Origin: Deinococcaceae bacterium | GTDB lineage: Bacteria > Deinococcota > Deinococci > Deinococcales > Trueperaceae | NCBI GenBank assembly: GCA_040255585.1 | Contig: JBDZVI010000004.1 | Coordinates: 1,590 to 65,589, forward strand | DNA length: 64,000 nt | Reading direction: 5' to 3' | Position numbers and translations under genes: made by a program | Shown: piece after piece, positions 28,496 to 37,200 of the stretch | How the letters are laid out: each line of letters opens with the position of its first letter | How positions within the stretch are numbered: position 1 is the first letter of the stretch | The notes under the pieces: generated by a model | Databases searched by the model: none | Seen by the model: only the letters and a program-made list of their open reading frames with translations | Told to the model about the DNA's origin: nothing

Positions 28496-29692
28496 ATGAC
28501 GGCGCTTCACCTCGCCAAGGCCGCGCTCCTGGCGGTGCCCCTGTGGCTCCTCCTCTCCAGCGTCATGCGCTTCAAGCCGTCCTGGCTCAGGCACCTCGCG
28601 TCGCTCGCCGTCGGCTTCGGCGCCGCGGCGCTCATCACGCTGGTCATGCCGACCGGCCTCCTCTCTTACGTCACGACCTTCATCCTGATGGCGTGCGTCT
28701 ACGCCGTGCTGTCGGTCGGCCTCAACGTGCAGTGGGGATACACGGGCCTCTTCAACATCGGCATCGCGGCGTTCTACGCCATCGGCGCGTTCACGAGCGC
28801 GCTCGTCACGACCAAGATGCCGACCGGCCTCAACGCCAGCTTCACGAAACAGCTGTTCGGGCTCGGCATGCCGTTCTGGGTGGGCGTGCTCGCGGCCGGC
28901 GTCGTCGCGGGGGTCCTGGCATGGCTCGTCGGCAAGCCGACGCTCAAGCTGCGCGACGACTACCTCGCCATAGCCACCATCGGGATCGCCGAGCTCGTGC
29001 GGCTCTTCTTCCAGAACGAGCGCTGGCTGGCCAACGGCCCACAGCCACTGCGCGGCATACCGCAACCGCTCAGCTGCCTGTCGGGCGACGGCTGCGGCTG
29101 GCTGCCCGGCTTCGTCAACTCGTTCTTCGCGCCGCTGGCGCCACGCGACTACCCGTACATCTACGTCGCCATCGTCGCGCTCGTCCTCTACCTCATCTAC
29201 CGCGTGCTAGAGCGCGCCATCCGCTCGCCTTGGGGCCGCGTCCTGCGTGCCGTCAGGGAGGAGGAGGCTTCCGCCGCCATGAACGGCAAGGACGTCGCCG
29301 CCTTCCGCATGCAGGCGTTCGTCGTCGGGGCGGTGATCATGGGGATAGGCGGCGCGCTCTACGCCCACTACATCGTGTCCATCGACTACTCCCACTTCGA
29401 CCCGCTCAACGGCACGTTCCTCGTATGGGTGATGCTCATGCTCGGGGGCAGCGGGAACAACCGCGGCGCCATCCTCGGCGCGTTCGTCGTTTACGCGATC
29501 TGGTCCGGCACGAGCTTCGTGGTAGACGCCTTGCGGCCCGCCCTCGCGGCCATCTCCCCCGACCTGCCTTCGCGCGGCCCCTACCTACGACTGCTCTTCA
29601 TCTCGATCCTGTTGGTGTTCATCGTGCTGTTCAAGCCCAAGGGGATCATCCCGGAGGAGAAGGTCGTCTCGCTAGATCGCGACCTGGGCTGA
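28496..29692 (+). CDS. livM: branched-chain amino acid ABC transporter permease
   Basis: LivM pattern (LNVQWGYTGLFNIGIAAFYAIGAF, LKLRDDYLAIATIG, RAVREEEASAAMNGKD). ATG is 1 nt after the livH stop. Confidence 0.8.
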   Translation: MTALHLAKAALLAVPLWLLLSSVMRFKPSWLRHLASLAVGFGAAALITLVMPTGLLSYVTTFILMACVYAVLSVGLNVQWGYTGLFNIGIAAFYAIGAFTSALVTTKMPTGLNASFTKQLFGLGMPFWVGVLAAGVVAGVLAWLVGKPTLKLRDDYLAIATIGIAELVRLFFQNERWLANGPQPLRGIPQPLSCLSGDGCGWLPGFVNSFFAPLAPRDYPYIYVAIVALVLYLIYRVLERAIRSPWGRVLRAVREEEASAAMNGKDVAAFRMQAFVVGAVIMGIGGALYAHYIVSIDYSHFDPLNGTFLVWVMLMLGGSGNNRGAILGAFVVYAIWSGTSFVVDALRPALAAISPDLPSRGPYLRLLFISILLVFIVLFKPKGIIPEEKVVSLDRDLG

Positions 29693-29712
29693 GGCGCCCC
29701 CAATACAAGACA

Positions 29713-29742
29713 GAGGGCGGATGCTCGTTCGCATCCGCCCTC
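29713..29742. terminator. bidirectional intrinsic terminator between the convergent liv genes
   Basis: GAGGGCGGATGC / GCATCCGCCCTC, 12-bp perfect stem with a 6-nt loop. Followed by CCTCTTTCTT on the + strand and TGTCTTGTATTG on the - strand. Confidence 0.6.
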
Positions 29743-29793
29743 CCTCTTTCTTCAAGCGTTCCAGCCCGCCGCTGGTCGCGCTCTGGCTTGGAC

Positions 29794-31053
29794 TTACTCT
29801 GCGGGGATCTCCGAAGCGGTGAGTACGACTTCGGTCTCGATGCTACCGCCCTTGTACTCCCACACCGCCATCGGGGTCACGACGTCGCCGAGGGCGTCGT
29901 AGTCGACTTCGCCGGCGGCGCCGGAGTAGTTGACGGCCTGGCCGGCCTTGATGAGCTCCAGGGCACGCTGGAAGTCGCCGACGCCGACGGTCTCGCCCGG
30001 GGCGTTGGAGACGTCGCGCAGGCGGGCGGCGACGCTGGCGCCGGAGACCTCGACACCGTCGACGATGGCCTTGGCGATGGCGAGGCCGATGGTGGCCATG
30101 GCGTCGTAGCCGGTGTCGATGTAAGGCAGCGGCGGCGCCTCGCCGAACGTGTCGGCGTACGCGGAGGAGAACTTGACCCAGCCGTCCCAGTTCGGGTCGG
30201 CGCCGGCAGACGTGCCGTAGTGGCCTTCGACGGCGTCGGCGCCGAGCGCCGTGACGATGTCGAGGGACTGCGTGCCGTCCGTGTACTGCCAGTTCGTGAA
30301 GTTGTAGAGGTCACGGGCCTCGGCCATGTAGACCGTCGCCTGACCGGGGTAGGAGACCGCGAGGACGACCTCGGGGTTGCCGGCCAGCACCTGCTCGAGG
30401 AGGGCGGCGTACGTGGGCTGCGGCTCGTCCGGGTGGGCGACCTTGGCCGTGATGGTGCCGCCGCGCTTGGTGAAGGCGGCCTCGAAGGCGTCGGCCAAGC
30501 CTTGGCCGTACGGGTTGTTGTCGTACAGGATGGCGGCGGTGTTGTAGCTGTGATCGGAGAAGATCTCACCGCGCGCGAGCATGGCGCCGACGACGCCCTG
30601 GAGCGCGTCGGAGGCCACGGTGCGGTAGACGACGTCGCCGTCGTCCGGGAGCATCGCGAGTAGCGGCGAGGTGGAGGCCGGCGAGATCAGGACTACGTTG
30701 CTCGGGATGGCCACGGACTCGGCGACCGCCACGCTGACGCCGCTCGACAGCGAGCCGACGATGGCGACGACGCCGTCGGCGTTGACGAGCTTGCGGGCGC
30801 GTTCGACGCCCTGCGCGGCAGCGGTGGCGTCGTCCTCGGTGACGATCTCGACGATCGGACCGCCGAAGACCGCCGTTGCGGCGGCGTTGATCTGGTCGGC
30901 GGCGAGCTTGACGCCGTTGCCGATGGCCGGACCGAACTCGGCCAGCGGACCGGTGTAAGACAGGAGCACACCGACCTTAGAGACGGGCGGGGTCTGCGCG
31001 CCGGCCAAGCCGATCAACGCAGCCACCAACAACCAAACTAGCTTCTTATGCAC
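29794..31053 (-). CDS. branched-chain amino acid ABC transporter substrate-binding protein (LivJ/K family)
   Basis: Signal peptide MHKKLVWLLVAALIGLAGA. Type I periplasmic binding fold pattern: KVGVLLSYTGPLAEFG, VVAIVGSLSSG. GTG after AGGAGGA. Confidence 0.85.
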   Translation of the reverse strand: MHKKLVWLLVAALIGLAGAQTPPVSKVGVLLSYTGPLAEFGPAIGNGVKLAADQINAAATAVFGGPIVEIVTEDDATAAAQGVERARKLVNADGVVAIVGSLSSGVSVAVAESVAIPSNVVLISPASTSPLLAMLPDDGDVVYRTVASDALQGVVGAMLARGEIFSDHSYNTAAILYDNNPYGQGLADAFEAAFTKRGGTITAKVAHPDEPQPTYAALLEQVLAGNPEVVLAVSYPGQATVYMAEARDLYNFTNWQYTDGTQSLDIVTALGADAVEGHYGTSAGADPNWDGWVKFSSAYADTFGEAPPLPYIDTGYDAMATIGLAIAKAIVDGVEVSGASVAARLRDVSNAPGETVGVGDFQRALELIKAGQAVNYSGAAGEVDYDALGDVVTPMAVWEYKGGSIETEVVLTASEIPAE

Positions 31054-31367
31054 GTTCTCCTCCTAGGTTCGAAAAACGCGACGATGTCTACGTGCGGCGG
31101 TCGGTTGCATCGTAAGAAACCCCACATAGGCTGTCAACGTCGACGGTGGCAGGGAGAAAGGAAAGGTTAAGGGCCTCACGTACGCCTTACGACCGGCCGC
31201 GACCACGGGGCGGTGCCAAGTGTCATGCGGAAACATCACATTCGTCTTGTTTCCTCATCACGACCTGCAGGATTGTGCTATTCTCCCGGTCGTTGCGATG
31301 CGCCGATCGACCCAACGGTCGTCCGGTAGCGATCGAGACCCGAGCTTTTCGGTTCCCAGGAGGAAGT

Positions 31368-32708
31368 GTGGCCAAGTCCCGCGCCGACATCAAACAGCTG
31401 TTGAAGGAACACGACGTCCGGTTCCTCAGGCTCCAGTTCACCGACATCCATGGGCGCAACAAGAACGTAGAGGTGCCAACCTCCCAGTTCGACAAGGCGC
31501 TCGACGGCGAGATCATGTTCGACGGCTCGTCGATCAAGGGCTTCACGCGCATCGAGGAGTCAGACATGCTCCTCAGCCCCGATTACGACACGTTCCTCCT
31601 CCTCCCGCCCGCGGTGGAGGGCAGTGTGCCCGGCCAGGTGGCGCGCCTCATCTGCGACATCAACGAACCGGACGGCACGCCCTTCGATGGCGACCCGCGC
31701 GGGGTGCTGAAGCGCCAGCTCGCGAAGCTCCGCGAGCTCGGGTACGACGACCTGTTCGTCGGCGTCGAGCCGGAGTTCTACCTGTTCAAGCGCGGCGTCG
31801 ACGGCAGCCCCACCACCATCACGAACGACGGCGCGGGCTACTTCGACCTCGCCCCGGTCGACCGGGGCGAGGACGCGCGCCGCGACATGGTCAACGCCCT
31901 CACCGATCTTGGCTTCGAGATCGAGGCCGCCCACCACGAGGTCGGTCCCGGCCAGCACGAGATCGACTTCAAGTACGCGGACGCCATCACGACCGCCGAC
32001 TCCATCCAGACCTTCCGCACGGTCGTGAAGCGCATAGCGATGAACCACGGACTCCACGCCACCTTCATGCCCAAGCCCGTCGCCGGCATCGCGGGTTCTG
32101 GCATGCACAGCCACCTCAGCATCTTCAAGGACGGCGAGAACGCCTTCTACGATCCGAAGGCGCCTTACCAGCTCTCGAAGGCGGCGCTCTACTGGATCGG
32201 TGGCCTGCTCGAACACGCGCCGGGCTTCGTCGCCATCACGAACCCCACCATCAACAGCTACAAGCGCCTCACGCCCGGTCACGAGGCGCCGACCAACATC
32301 GCGTGGTCCGTCTCCAACCGCAGCGCCATGGTGCGCATCCCGGCGCGGCGCGGCAACGGCACGCGCGCCGAGCTACGCATGCCCGACCCGTCAGCCAACC
32401 CGTACCTGGCGCTATCGGCCATGATCGCCGCCGGCATCGACGGTCTCAAGCGCAAGCTCCTCCCACCGCCACCGGTCGAGCGCAACATCTTCGAGATGAG
32501 CGTCCGCGACCGCCGCAAGCACAAGGTCAAGGACCTCCCCGGCGACCTGAAGGAGGCGCTCGACAACCTGAAGCGCGACCGCGTCGTCATAGACGCCCTC
32601 GGCGACCACGTCTACAAGCTGTTCATCGACGAGAAGCTGGCCGAGTACGACGAGTACCGCATCGCCGTCCACGGCTGGGAGCTGGATCGCTACCTGGCGG
32701 ACTACTGA
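31368..32708 (+). CDS. glnA: type I glutamine synthetase
   Basis: VRFLRLQFTDIHG, FDGSSI.GF, EVGPGQHEI, SGMHSHLS, NSYKRL and the RIP..G...R.E.R.PD region. GTG 31368 after AGGAGGA. The upstream part of ORF 31146.. shows no homology. Confidence 0.9.
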   Translation: MAKSRADIKQLLKEHDVRFLRLQFTDIHGRNKNVEVPTSQFDKALDGEIMFDGSSIKGFTRIEESDMLLSPDYDTFLLLPPAVEGSVPGQVARLICDINEPDGTPFDGDPRGVLKRQLAKLRELGYDDLFVGVEPEFYLFKRGVDGSPTTITNDGAGYFDLAPVDRGEDARRDMVNALTDLGFEIEAAHHEVGPGQHEIDFKYADAITTADSIQTFRTVVKRIAMNHGLHATFMPKPVAGIAGSGMHSHLSIFKDGENAFYDPKAPYQLSKAALYWIGGLLEHAPGFVAITNPTINSYKRLTPGHEAPTNIAWSVSNRSAMVRIPARRGNGTRAELRMPDPSANPYLALSAMIAAGIDGLKRKLLPPPPVERNIFEMSVRDRRKHKVKDLPGDLKEALDNLKRDRVVIDALGDHVYKLFIDEKLAEYDEYRIAVHGWELDRYLADY

Positions 32709-33260
32709 GTGCCTGAGCGGGGTCGCGTCACGCAGCCGGGGAGCGGCGCCAGGCCGCTCCGGGTGGTGGGCGTCGACCCCGGCCTTGCCAACCTTGGCAT
32801 GGGCGCCGTCGAGGAGGCTGGCAAGGAGGCCGGCTTCCTGGGTAGCGCCCTCGTCACCACGTCGCCGCGCAGTTCCCAAGGCGAGCGTCTCCTGGCCATA
32901 CGGCGCGAGTTCACGACGTTCCTCGATCGCTACCGACCGGACGCCATAGCGCTGGAAGGTCAGTTCCTCAAGCAACAGCGGCAGACGTCGTTCCGCGTGG
33001 GTCAGGCCGTGGGCGTCGTGCTACTCACCGCGGCGGAGCGCGAGCTGCCGGTCTTCGAGTACGGACCGGAGCAGGTCAAGCTGGCCCTGGTCGGCAGCGG
33101 CCGCGCCGACAAGGACCAAGTCGCGTTCATGGTCCGCGCCCTCCTGAAGCTGACGGCGCAGAAGCGCCCCGATCATGTCACCGACGCTCTGGCGCTCGCA
33201 TTGACCCATCTGCAGTCGCGCCGCATCGGGATGCTGACCGACGCGTCGGCGCGTCGGTGA
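32709..33260 (+). CDS. ruvC: crossover junction endodeoxyribonuclease RuvC
   Basis: VVGVDPGLANLGMGAVE.. (catalytic Asp), ALEGQF, and the C-terminal DHVTDALALALTH. Start uncertain: GTG 32709, or GTG 32763/32766. Confidence 0.8.
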   Translation: MPERGRVTQPGSGARPLRVVGVDPGLANLGMGAVEEAGKEAGFLGSALVTTSPRSSQGERLLAIRREFTTFLDRYRPDAIALEGQFLKQQRQTSFRVGQAVGVVLLTAAERELPVFEYGPEQVKLALVGSGRADKDQVAFMVRALLKLTAQKRPDHVTDALALALTHLQSRRIGMLTDASARR

Positions 33261-33349
33261 CCGGCGGAAGTCCGGCCCGAGCCCAGCCCCGTCCGGCCTC
33301 GAAGGTCGCCTGACGAGCGGCTGCCAACCGTCAAGTCTTCTTGCCGGCG

Positions 33350-36136
33350 TCATCGGCGCCGGCGTGGCGGCCTCGCGCCGGAGGAGCGCCTGCGCTTGGT
33401 GGCCCGCCTCCCGGCCACGCCCCTCGGGCCGGCTAGCCGCGGGTCGAGCCCGAACGCCGTCCCGAGCCGCCGGGCGCGCTCGGCGGGGAGCGCCGGTACC
33501 TCCGCCGGCTCGCCTGGCCCGTCGTCGGTCTGGCTGACCAGCTCGACACGCGCCTCGTACGGTCCGAGCTGAAGCCATAGCCCCTCGCGCTTGAGTTCGG
33601 CGATCCGGACCGTGCGCGTGCGGAGGCCGGTGGCGAAGGTCGTGAACGCGACCTGACCGGCCCCACCCTCGCGCAGAGCGAGCGCGGCGACCACGGTATC
33701 GGAACGGAGGCCGCCTCCCCGCATGACGTCCGCGTATGGCGCGCTGACGCGCACCCGGCCCTCGACCGCGCGCGGCGAGTTGTTGTACGCGACTAGTACC
33801 GCGCCGTGAGCGCCGCCCTGGCCGCGGTTCACGAACACGAACGCGTCCTCTACCACGCCGTGCTCCCCGATCAGGTCGAACAGCCTGAAGGCGTCCGCGC
33901 CGGCGAAGGTCCCCCGCGCTCGCAGGAGCGGCGCCACCTCGCGCCTGTGGCGCTCCACCAGCCAAGGCTCCGGCCACTCGTCCAGCTTCGGCGCCAGATA
34001 CTCCATGCCGTACTTCTCTTGCAAGCCCTCCACCTGACCGTGGCCGAACATCGGCAGTCCGGGCAGGGTGGCCAACAGCGTCGCCACGCCGAAGTACTTG
34101 TCGCCCGTCCCGAACTGCTCCCTGGCCGTCTCCTCGTCGGGGTTGCTCATGAAGTTGACGTAGCGCTGCAGTACCCGCGGGTCGAACGCGAGCACCGACT
34201 TGAGCAGGCGCCGGTACGCGCCGTTCTCCTCGCGCATGAGCATGTGCATGAAAGCGCTGTTGTAGACGCGGTGCATGCCGAGCTCGCGCACGAAGTAACC
34301 CTCGAGCAGCCAGAAGGCCTCCGCCAGCAGCAGCGTGTCGGGAGCGCGTTCGGCCATGCGGTCGACGAGTTCGCGCCAGAACTCGCGCGGCATGCGCCGC
34401 TCGAACTCCTCCTGGCCCATGGCGAAGCGCGCTCGCGATGGCACGGCCCCGCCCTCGCCGGGCAGCGGGTGCCAGAGGCGCTGGACGTGCTTCTTGGCCA
34501 GCGTCATGGCGGCGTCGAACCGGATGATGGGGAAGCGGCGCGCGACCTCTTCCACCGTTCGCATGACCGCCTCGCGCACGTCGGCTCGCAGGTAGTCGAG
34601 CTGCGCCGTGTCGTTCCAAGGCATCGTGGTGCCGTCATTACCGTGGTAGACGTACCGCCGCTCCCCCGTCGCCCCGTCCTTGCGCTCGAACACGACCGCG
34701 GCGTCGGTGCCGTCGAAGTAGCCGTCTTCGACCCGCACCTCGATGGGCCCGCCAGCGGCGAGGTCCGGGCCGGTGAACCGGTAGCCCGGGTAGGGCGGTT
34801 CCGAGAGCTGCACGAACCAGTCGGGGTGCTCGACCATCCAGCTGGAGTCGAGGCCGGTGTGGTTGGGCACCATGTCGCTCGCCAAGCGCAGGCCGACGGC
34901 GGCGGCCCGGCCGCTCAGCGCCGCCAGCGCCGGCTCGCCGCCCAGGTCGTCTGCCACGACGTAGTCGAACAGCGAGTAGGCGCTGGCGCCCGCGTCTGGC
35001 TGGCCGCGCGCGCGCTTGAGGTTGCGTGATGCCTGGCTCCGCTCCCACACGCCGATGAGCCATAGCGCGTTGAAGCCGTCGTCACGCAGCGCGCTCAGGG
35101 CGGCCTCCGGCACCTCGTCGAGGCGGCGGATCTCACTTCCATAGGTCCGCGACAGCTGCGCCAGCCAGACGTAGGTGCTCTTGGCCACCATCGCGACCTC
35201 GGGCATCCAGGCCTTGTCGGGGGTGTAACGGGCGGCCCCGGACGCTTCCTCGACCACGACGGGCTCGGGCGGCGGCGGGGGCGGACCGGGGTCGAACTGG
35301 GGCGCCTTCTTGCTCTCCTCCGCCAGGAGGTCAACGGCCCTGAGCAGGCGTTCCGTCACCCCGCGCGCGCCGGTCAGGTAGGGCGCCCACAGTCGCGCGG
35401 CCAGGCGCAGCTGACCGACGAGCGAAGTGGGCTCGAGCCGCATAGGCGCGAGGAGGACGTCGAGCAGGTTCCCTGCCTGGTTGGCCAGGGCGACCGACCC
35501 GGCCATGGCGTCGGGGATGGCCTCGGCTACGGCGTCGCCATCACCGTCCGCCCCCGTCCCGCGGTCCGGGGCGCCGACCGTCGCCAGGGCCTCCGAGACC
35601 GCCGCGTCCGTCGCCCCCCATGGCCCTTCCGCGCCGAGGGGCGCGCTCAGCAGCTCATGCGTCGCGGTGAGCGCGGGGTTGTCGATGGCGCGCGCGATGA
35701 GCCAGGTGCGCTCCGCGACCTGGGCGCCCGTGAGATAGGGTGGGGACGAGGTCTCCGGCAACCCCGCGGCCACGTAGGCTTCCGCGAAGGCCGCCTCGTA
35801 AGCCGCGGCACCTTCCCGGCCGTCCTCGTGCTCGCGGCGTCTCCATGCCCGTTCGAGCGCGGCCTGACCCGCTCCGTTCAGGCCCGGCGAGGTCATGACG
35901 GCATGCATGCCGTCATGGAGGGCGGCGGCGGCGCTCAGCGTGCCCGCGCTGAGCGGCGACTCGAGACGAGGATGCCCGTCTCGGGCGCGCCGCGCCATGG
36001 AGACCCGCTCGGCCCAGTGCGCGGGCGTGGCGAGTTCGGGGCGCGCCACCCCAGCCTGGGCGAGCAACTCTGCGGCCGGCAGGGCGTAGCGCCTCCGTGC
36101 CGCGCGCGTCGTCAGGAACGGGCTTGCGTCGTTCAA
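33350..36136 (-). CDS. large alpha-amylase (GH13) family protein with ~330-aa unassigned N-terminal region
   Basis: GH13-like conserved regions: FNALWLIGVWE, DMVPNHTG (region I), IIRFDAAMTL (region II, nucleophile Asp), LLAEAFW (region III Glu), YVNFMSNPDE (region IV-like). Confidence 0.75.
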   Translation of the reverse strand: MNDASPFLTTRAARRRYALPAAELLAQAGVARPELATPAHWAERVSMARRARDGHPRLESPLSAGTLSAAAALHDGMHAVMTSPGLNGAGQAALERAWRRREHEDGREGAAAYEAAFAEAYVAAGLPETSSPPYLTGAQVAERTWLIARAIDNPALTATHELLSAPLGAEGPWGATDAAVSEALATVGAPDRGTGADGDGDAVAEAIPDAMAGSVALANQAGNLLDVLLAPMRLEPTSLVGQLRLAARLWAPYLTGARGVTERLLRAVDLLAEESKKAPQFDPGPPPPPPEPVVVEEASGAARYTPDKAWMPEVAMVAKSTYVWLAQLSRTYGSEIRRLDEVPEAALSALRDDGFNALWLIGVWERSQASRNLKRARGQPDAGASAYSLFDYVVADDLGGEPALAALSGRAAAVGLRLASDMVPNHTGLDSSWMVEHPDWFVQLSEPPYPGYRFTGPDLAAGGPIEVRVEDGYFDGTDAAVVFERKDGATGERRYVYHGNDGTTMPWNDTAQLDYLRADVREAVMRTVEEVARRFPIIRFDAAMTLAKKHVQRLWHPLPGEGGAVPSRARFAMGQEEFERRMPREFWRELVDRMAERAPDTLLLAEAFWLLEGYFVRELGMHRVYNSAFMHMLMREENGAYRRLLKSVLAFDPRVLQRYVNFMSNPDEETAREQFGTGDKYFGVATLLATLPGLPMFGHGQVEGLQEKYGMEYLAPKLDEWPEPWLVERHRREVAPLLRARGTFAGADAFRLFDLIGEHGVVEDAFVFVNRGQGGAHGAVLVAYNNSPRAVEGRVRVSAPYADVMRGGGLRSDTVVAALALREGGAGQVAFTTFATGLRTRTVRIAELKREGLWLQLGPYEARVELVSQTDDGPGEPAEVPALPAERARRLGTAFGLDPRLAGPRGVAGRRATKRRRSSGARPPRRRR

Positions 36137-36238
36137 GGCTCGACTCTATCACGCGCCACGGAGCGCCCTGCGGGCCCAACACCCGCTGGCGCGACCACGC
36201 CGGCCAGCCAAGCCGGCCGGCCACGCGAGCGTAACCAT

Positions 36239-36288
36239 GCGGCGCCTGCGGGCGGCGCCTGCGGGCGGCGCCCGCGGGCGGCGAGGGC
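36239..36288. repeat. 13-nt tandem repeat, 3.8 copies (GCGGCGCCTGCGG)
   Basis: Units at 36239-36251, 36252-36264 and 36265-36277 (one T>C change), plus a partial unit at 36278-36288. In the divergent intergenic region between the GH13 gene and the lipoprotein gene. Confidence 0.8.
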
Positions 36289-36300
36289 TCCTCTCATCCC

Positions 36301-37200
36301 TTGGTCGGTACAATCGCAGCCATGCTAAGCAGGCAGACCGACGCCGCCCGGCGCGACGCGCGCTCAGCGCCGCCCAAGCGCCTGACGGCCCCGGCGGTCG
36401 TCGCGCTCCTGGTCCTCGTCCTCGCCTCCGGCTGCGCCGGCGACATGGCCACCCGAGGCGAGGCCCTGCGGCTCGTAGGACAGGACCTGCCGGCCGCCGT
36501 CCTCATGGAGGCGTACGAGGGGCAGCTCCACGCCGTCGGTGGCCTCAGGCCGTACACGTTCACCCTGACAGACGGCTCGCTGCCCGAGGGCATCGCTTTG
36601 CAGAACGGCGTGCTGCGCGGCGTCGCCACCGAGACCGGCACCTTCGAGATCTCGGTCGAGGTCTCCGACGCCAACCTCTCCCGCGTGAGTCAGAGCTACA
36701 CCCTGCGGGTAAGCGCTCCGCCACCACCGCGTTTCGTGCTGGTGGCGCCTCAGACCGAGATCAGGGCGCCCGCGACGCTGAGGGTTCGCCTGGAGGACGC
36801 GCGCTTGGCGACGGCGGCGCGCACCAAGGTGACGTGGGACCCGGCCGAGTACGAGCTCGTGGGAGAGCCGCAGGCCGCGCGCAGGGACGTCGCGCTCCTC
36901 TGGCGCGGCGCACCCGGTGAGTTGCAGGTCGATCTGGCCGCGCTTAGCTCCACGCTGAGCGGCGCTGTCGAGCTCTACTCCTTCACGCTCGCCCCGCTCA
37001 CGCCCCCCGTGACCGTCCTCGTCGAGTACGAGGCGGAGGTGCTGACCGCCAGCGGGGACCCGGCCAGACAGCACGAGTTCCTTACCGGATCGAGCGGCCG
37101 CCGCGCCGCGCGAGAACCCGGCGACCAGACCGCGCCGGCGGAGGAGCCCGCCCCGCCGCCTGAACAGGACGGCTCGCCAGAAGGGGCCGCGGACCGATGA
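36301..37200 (+). CDS. lipoprotein with Ig-like repeat and cohesin-like C-terminal domain
   Basis: Lipobox LVLASGC (Cys45, nt 36433). Residues 58-138 match the bacterial putative-Ig pattern (Y.GQL.A.GG..PYTFTL..GSLP.G..L...G.L.G....GTF.I.V.V.D). Residues 144-252 show a cohesin-like beta pattern (TKVTWDPAEYELVG, GELQVDLAA, LYSFTL). The likely start is ATG 36322 rather than TTG 36301. Confidence 0.6.
   Translation: MVGTIAAMLSRQTDAARRDARSAPPKRLTAPAVVALLVLVLASGCAGDMATRGEALRLVGQDLPAAVLMEAYEGQLHAVGGLRPYTFTLTDGSLPEGIALQNGVLRGVATETGTFEISVEVSDANLSRVSQSYTLRVSAPPPPRFVLVAPQTEIRAPATLRVRLEDARLATAARTKVTWDPAEYELVGEPQAARRDVALLWRGAPGELQVDLAALSSTLSGAVELYSFTLAPLTPPVTVLVEYEAEVLTASGDPARQHEFLTGSSGRRAAREPGDQTAPAEEPAPPPEQDGSPEGAADR

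Noticed and set aside
28543-30663. 706-aa ORF spanning livM, the intergenic terminator and the antisense of the binding-protein gene.
   Set aside because: It crosses a strong bidirectional terminator and two well-supported genes. Its Arg/Gly/His/Pro-rich composition marks it as an off-frame artefact.
31220-31241. Possible GlnR/TnrA operator upstream of glnA.
   Set aside because: It does not fit TGTNA-N7-TNACA in any register. It is only an imperfect dyad, so it is reported as a low-interest observation rather than a called site.
33021-34619. 532-aa ORF overlapping ruvC and the GH13 gene. The 624-aa ORF 38238..40112 and the 412-aa ORF 45121..46359 are of the same kind.
   Set aside because: Extreme Arg/Gly/Pro/Ala content (poly-R runs). 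Each is out of frame with a gene that has real motifs or balanced composition.
36239-36288. Tandem 13-mers considered as a CRISPR-like array.
   Set aside because: The units are contiguous with no spacers, only 13 nt long, and there are no cas genes in the window.
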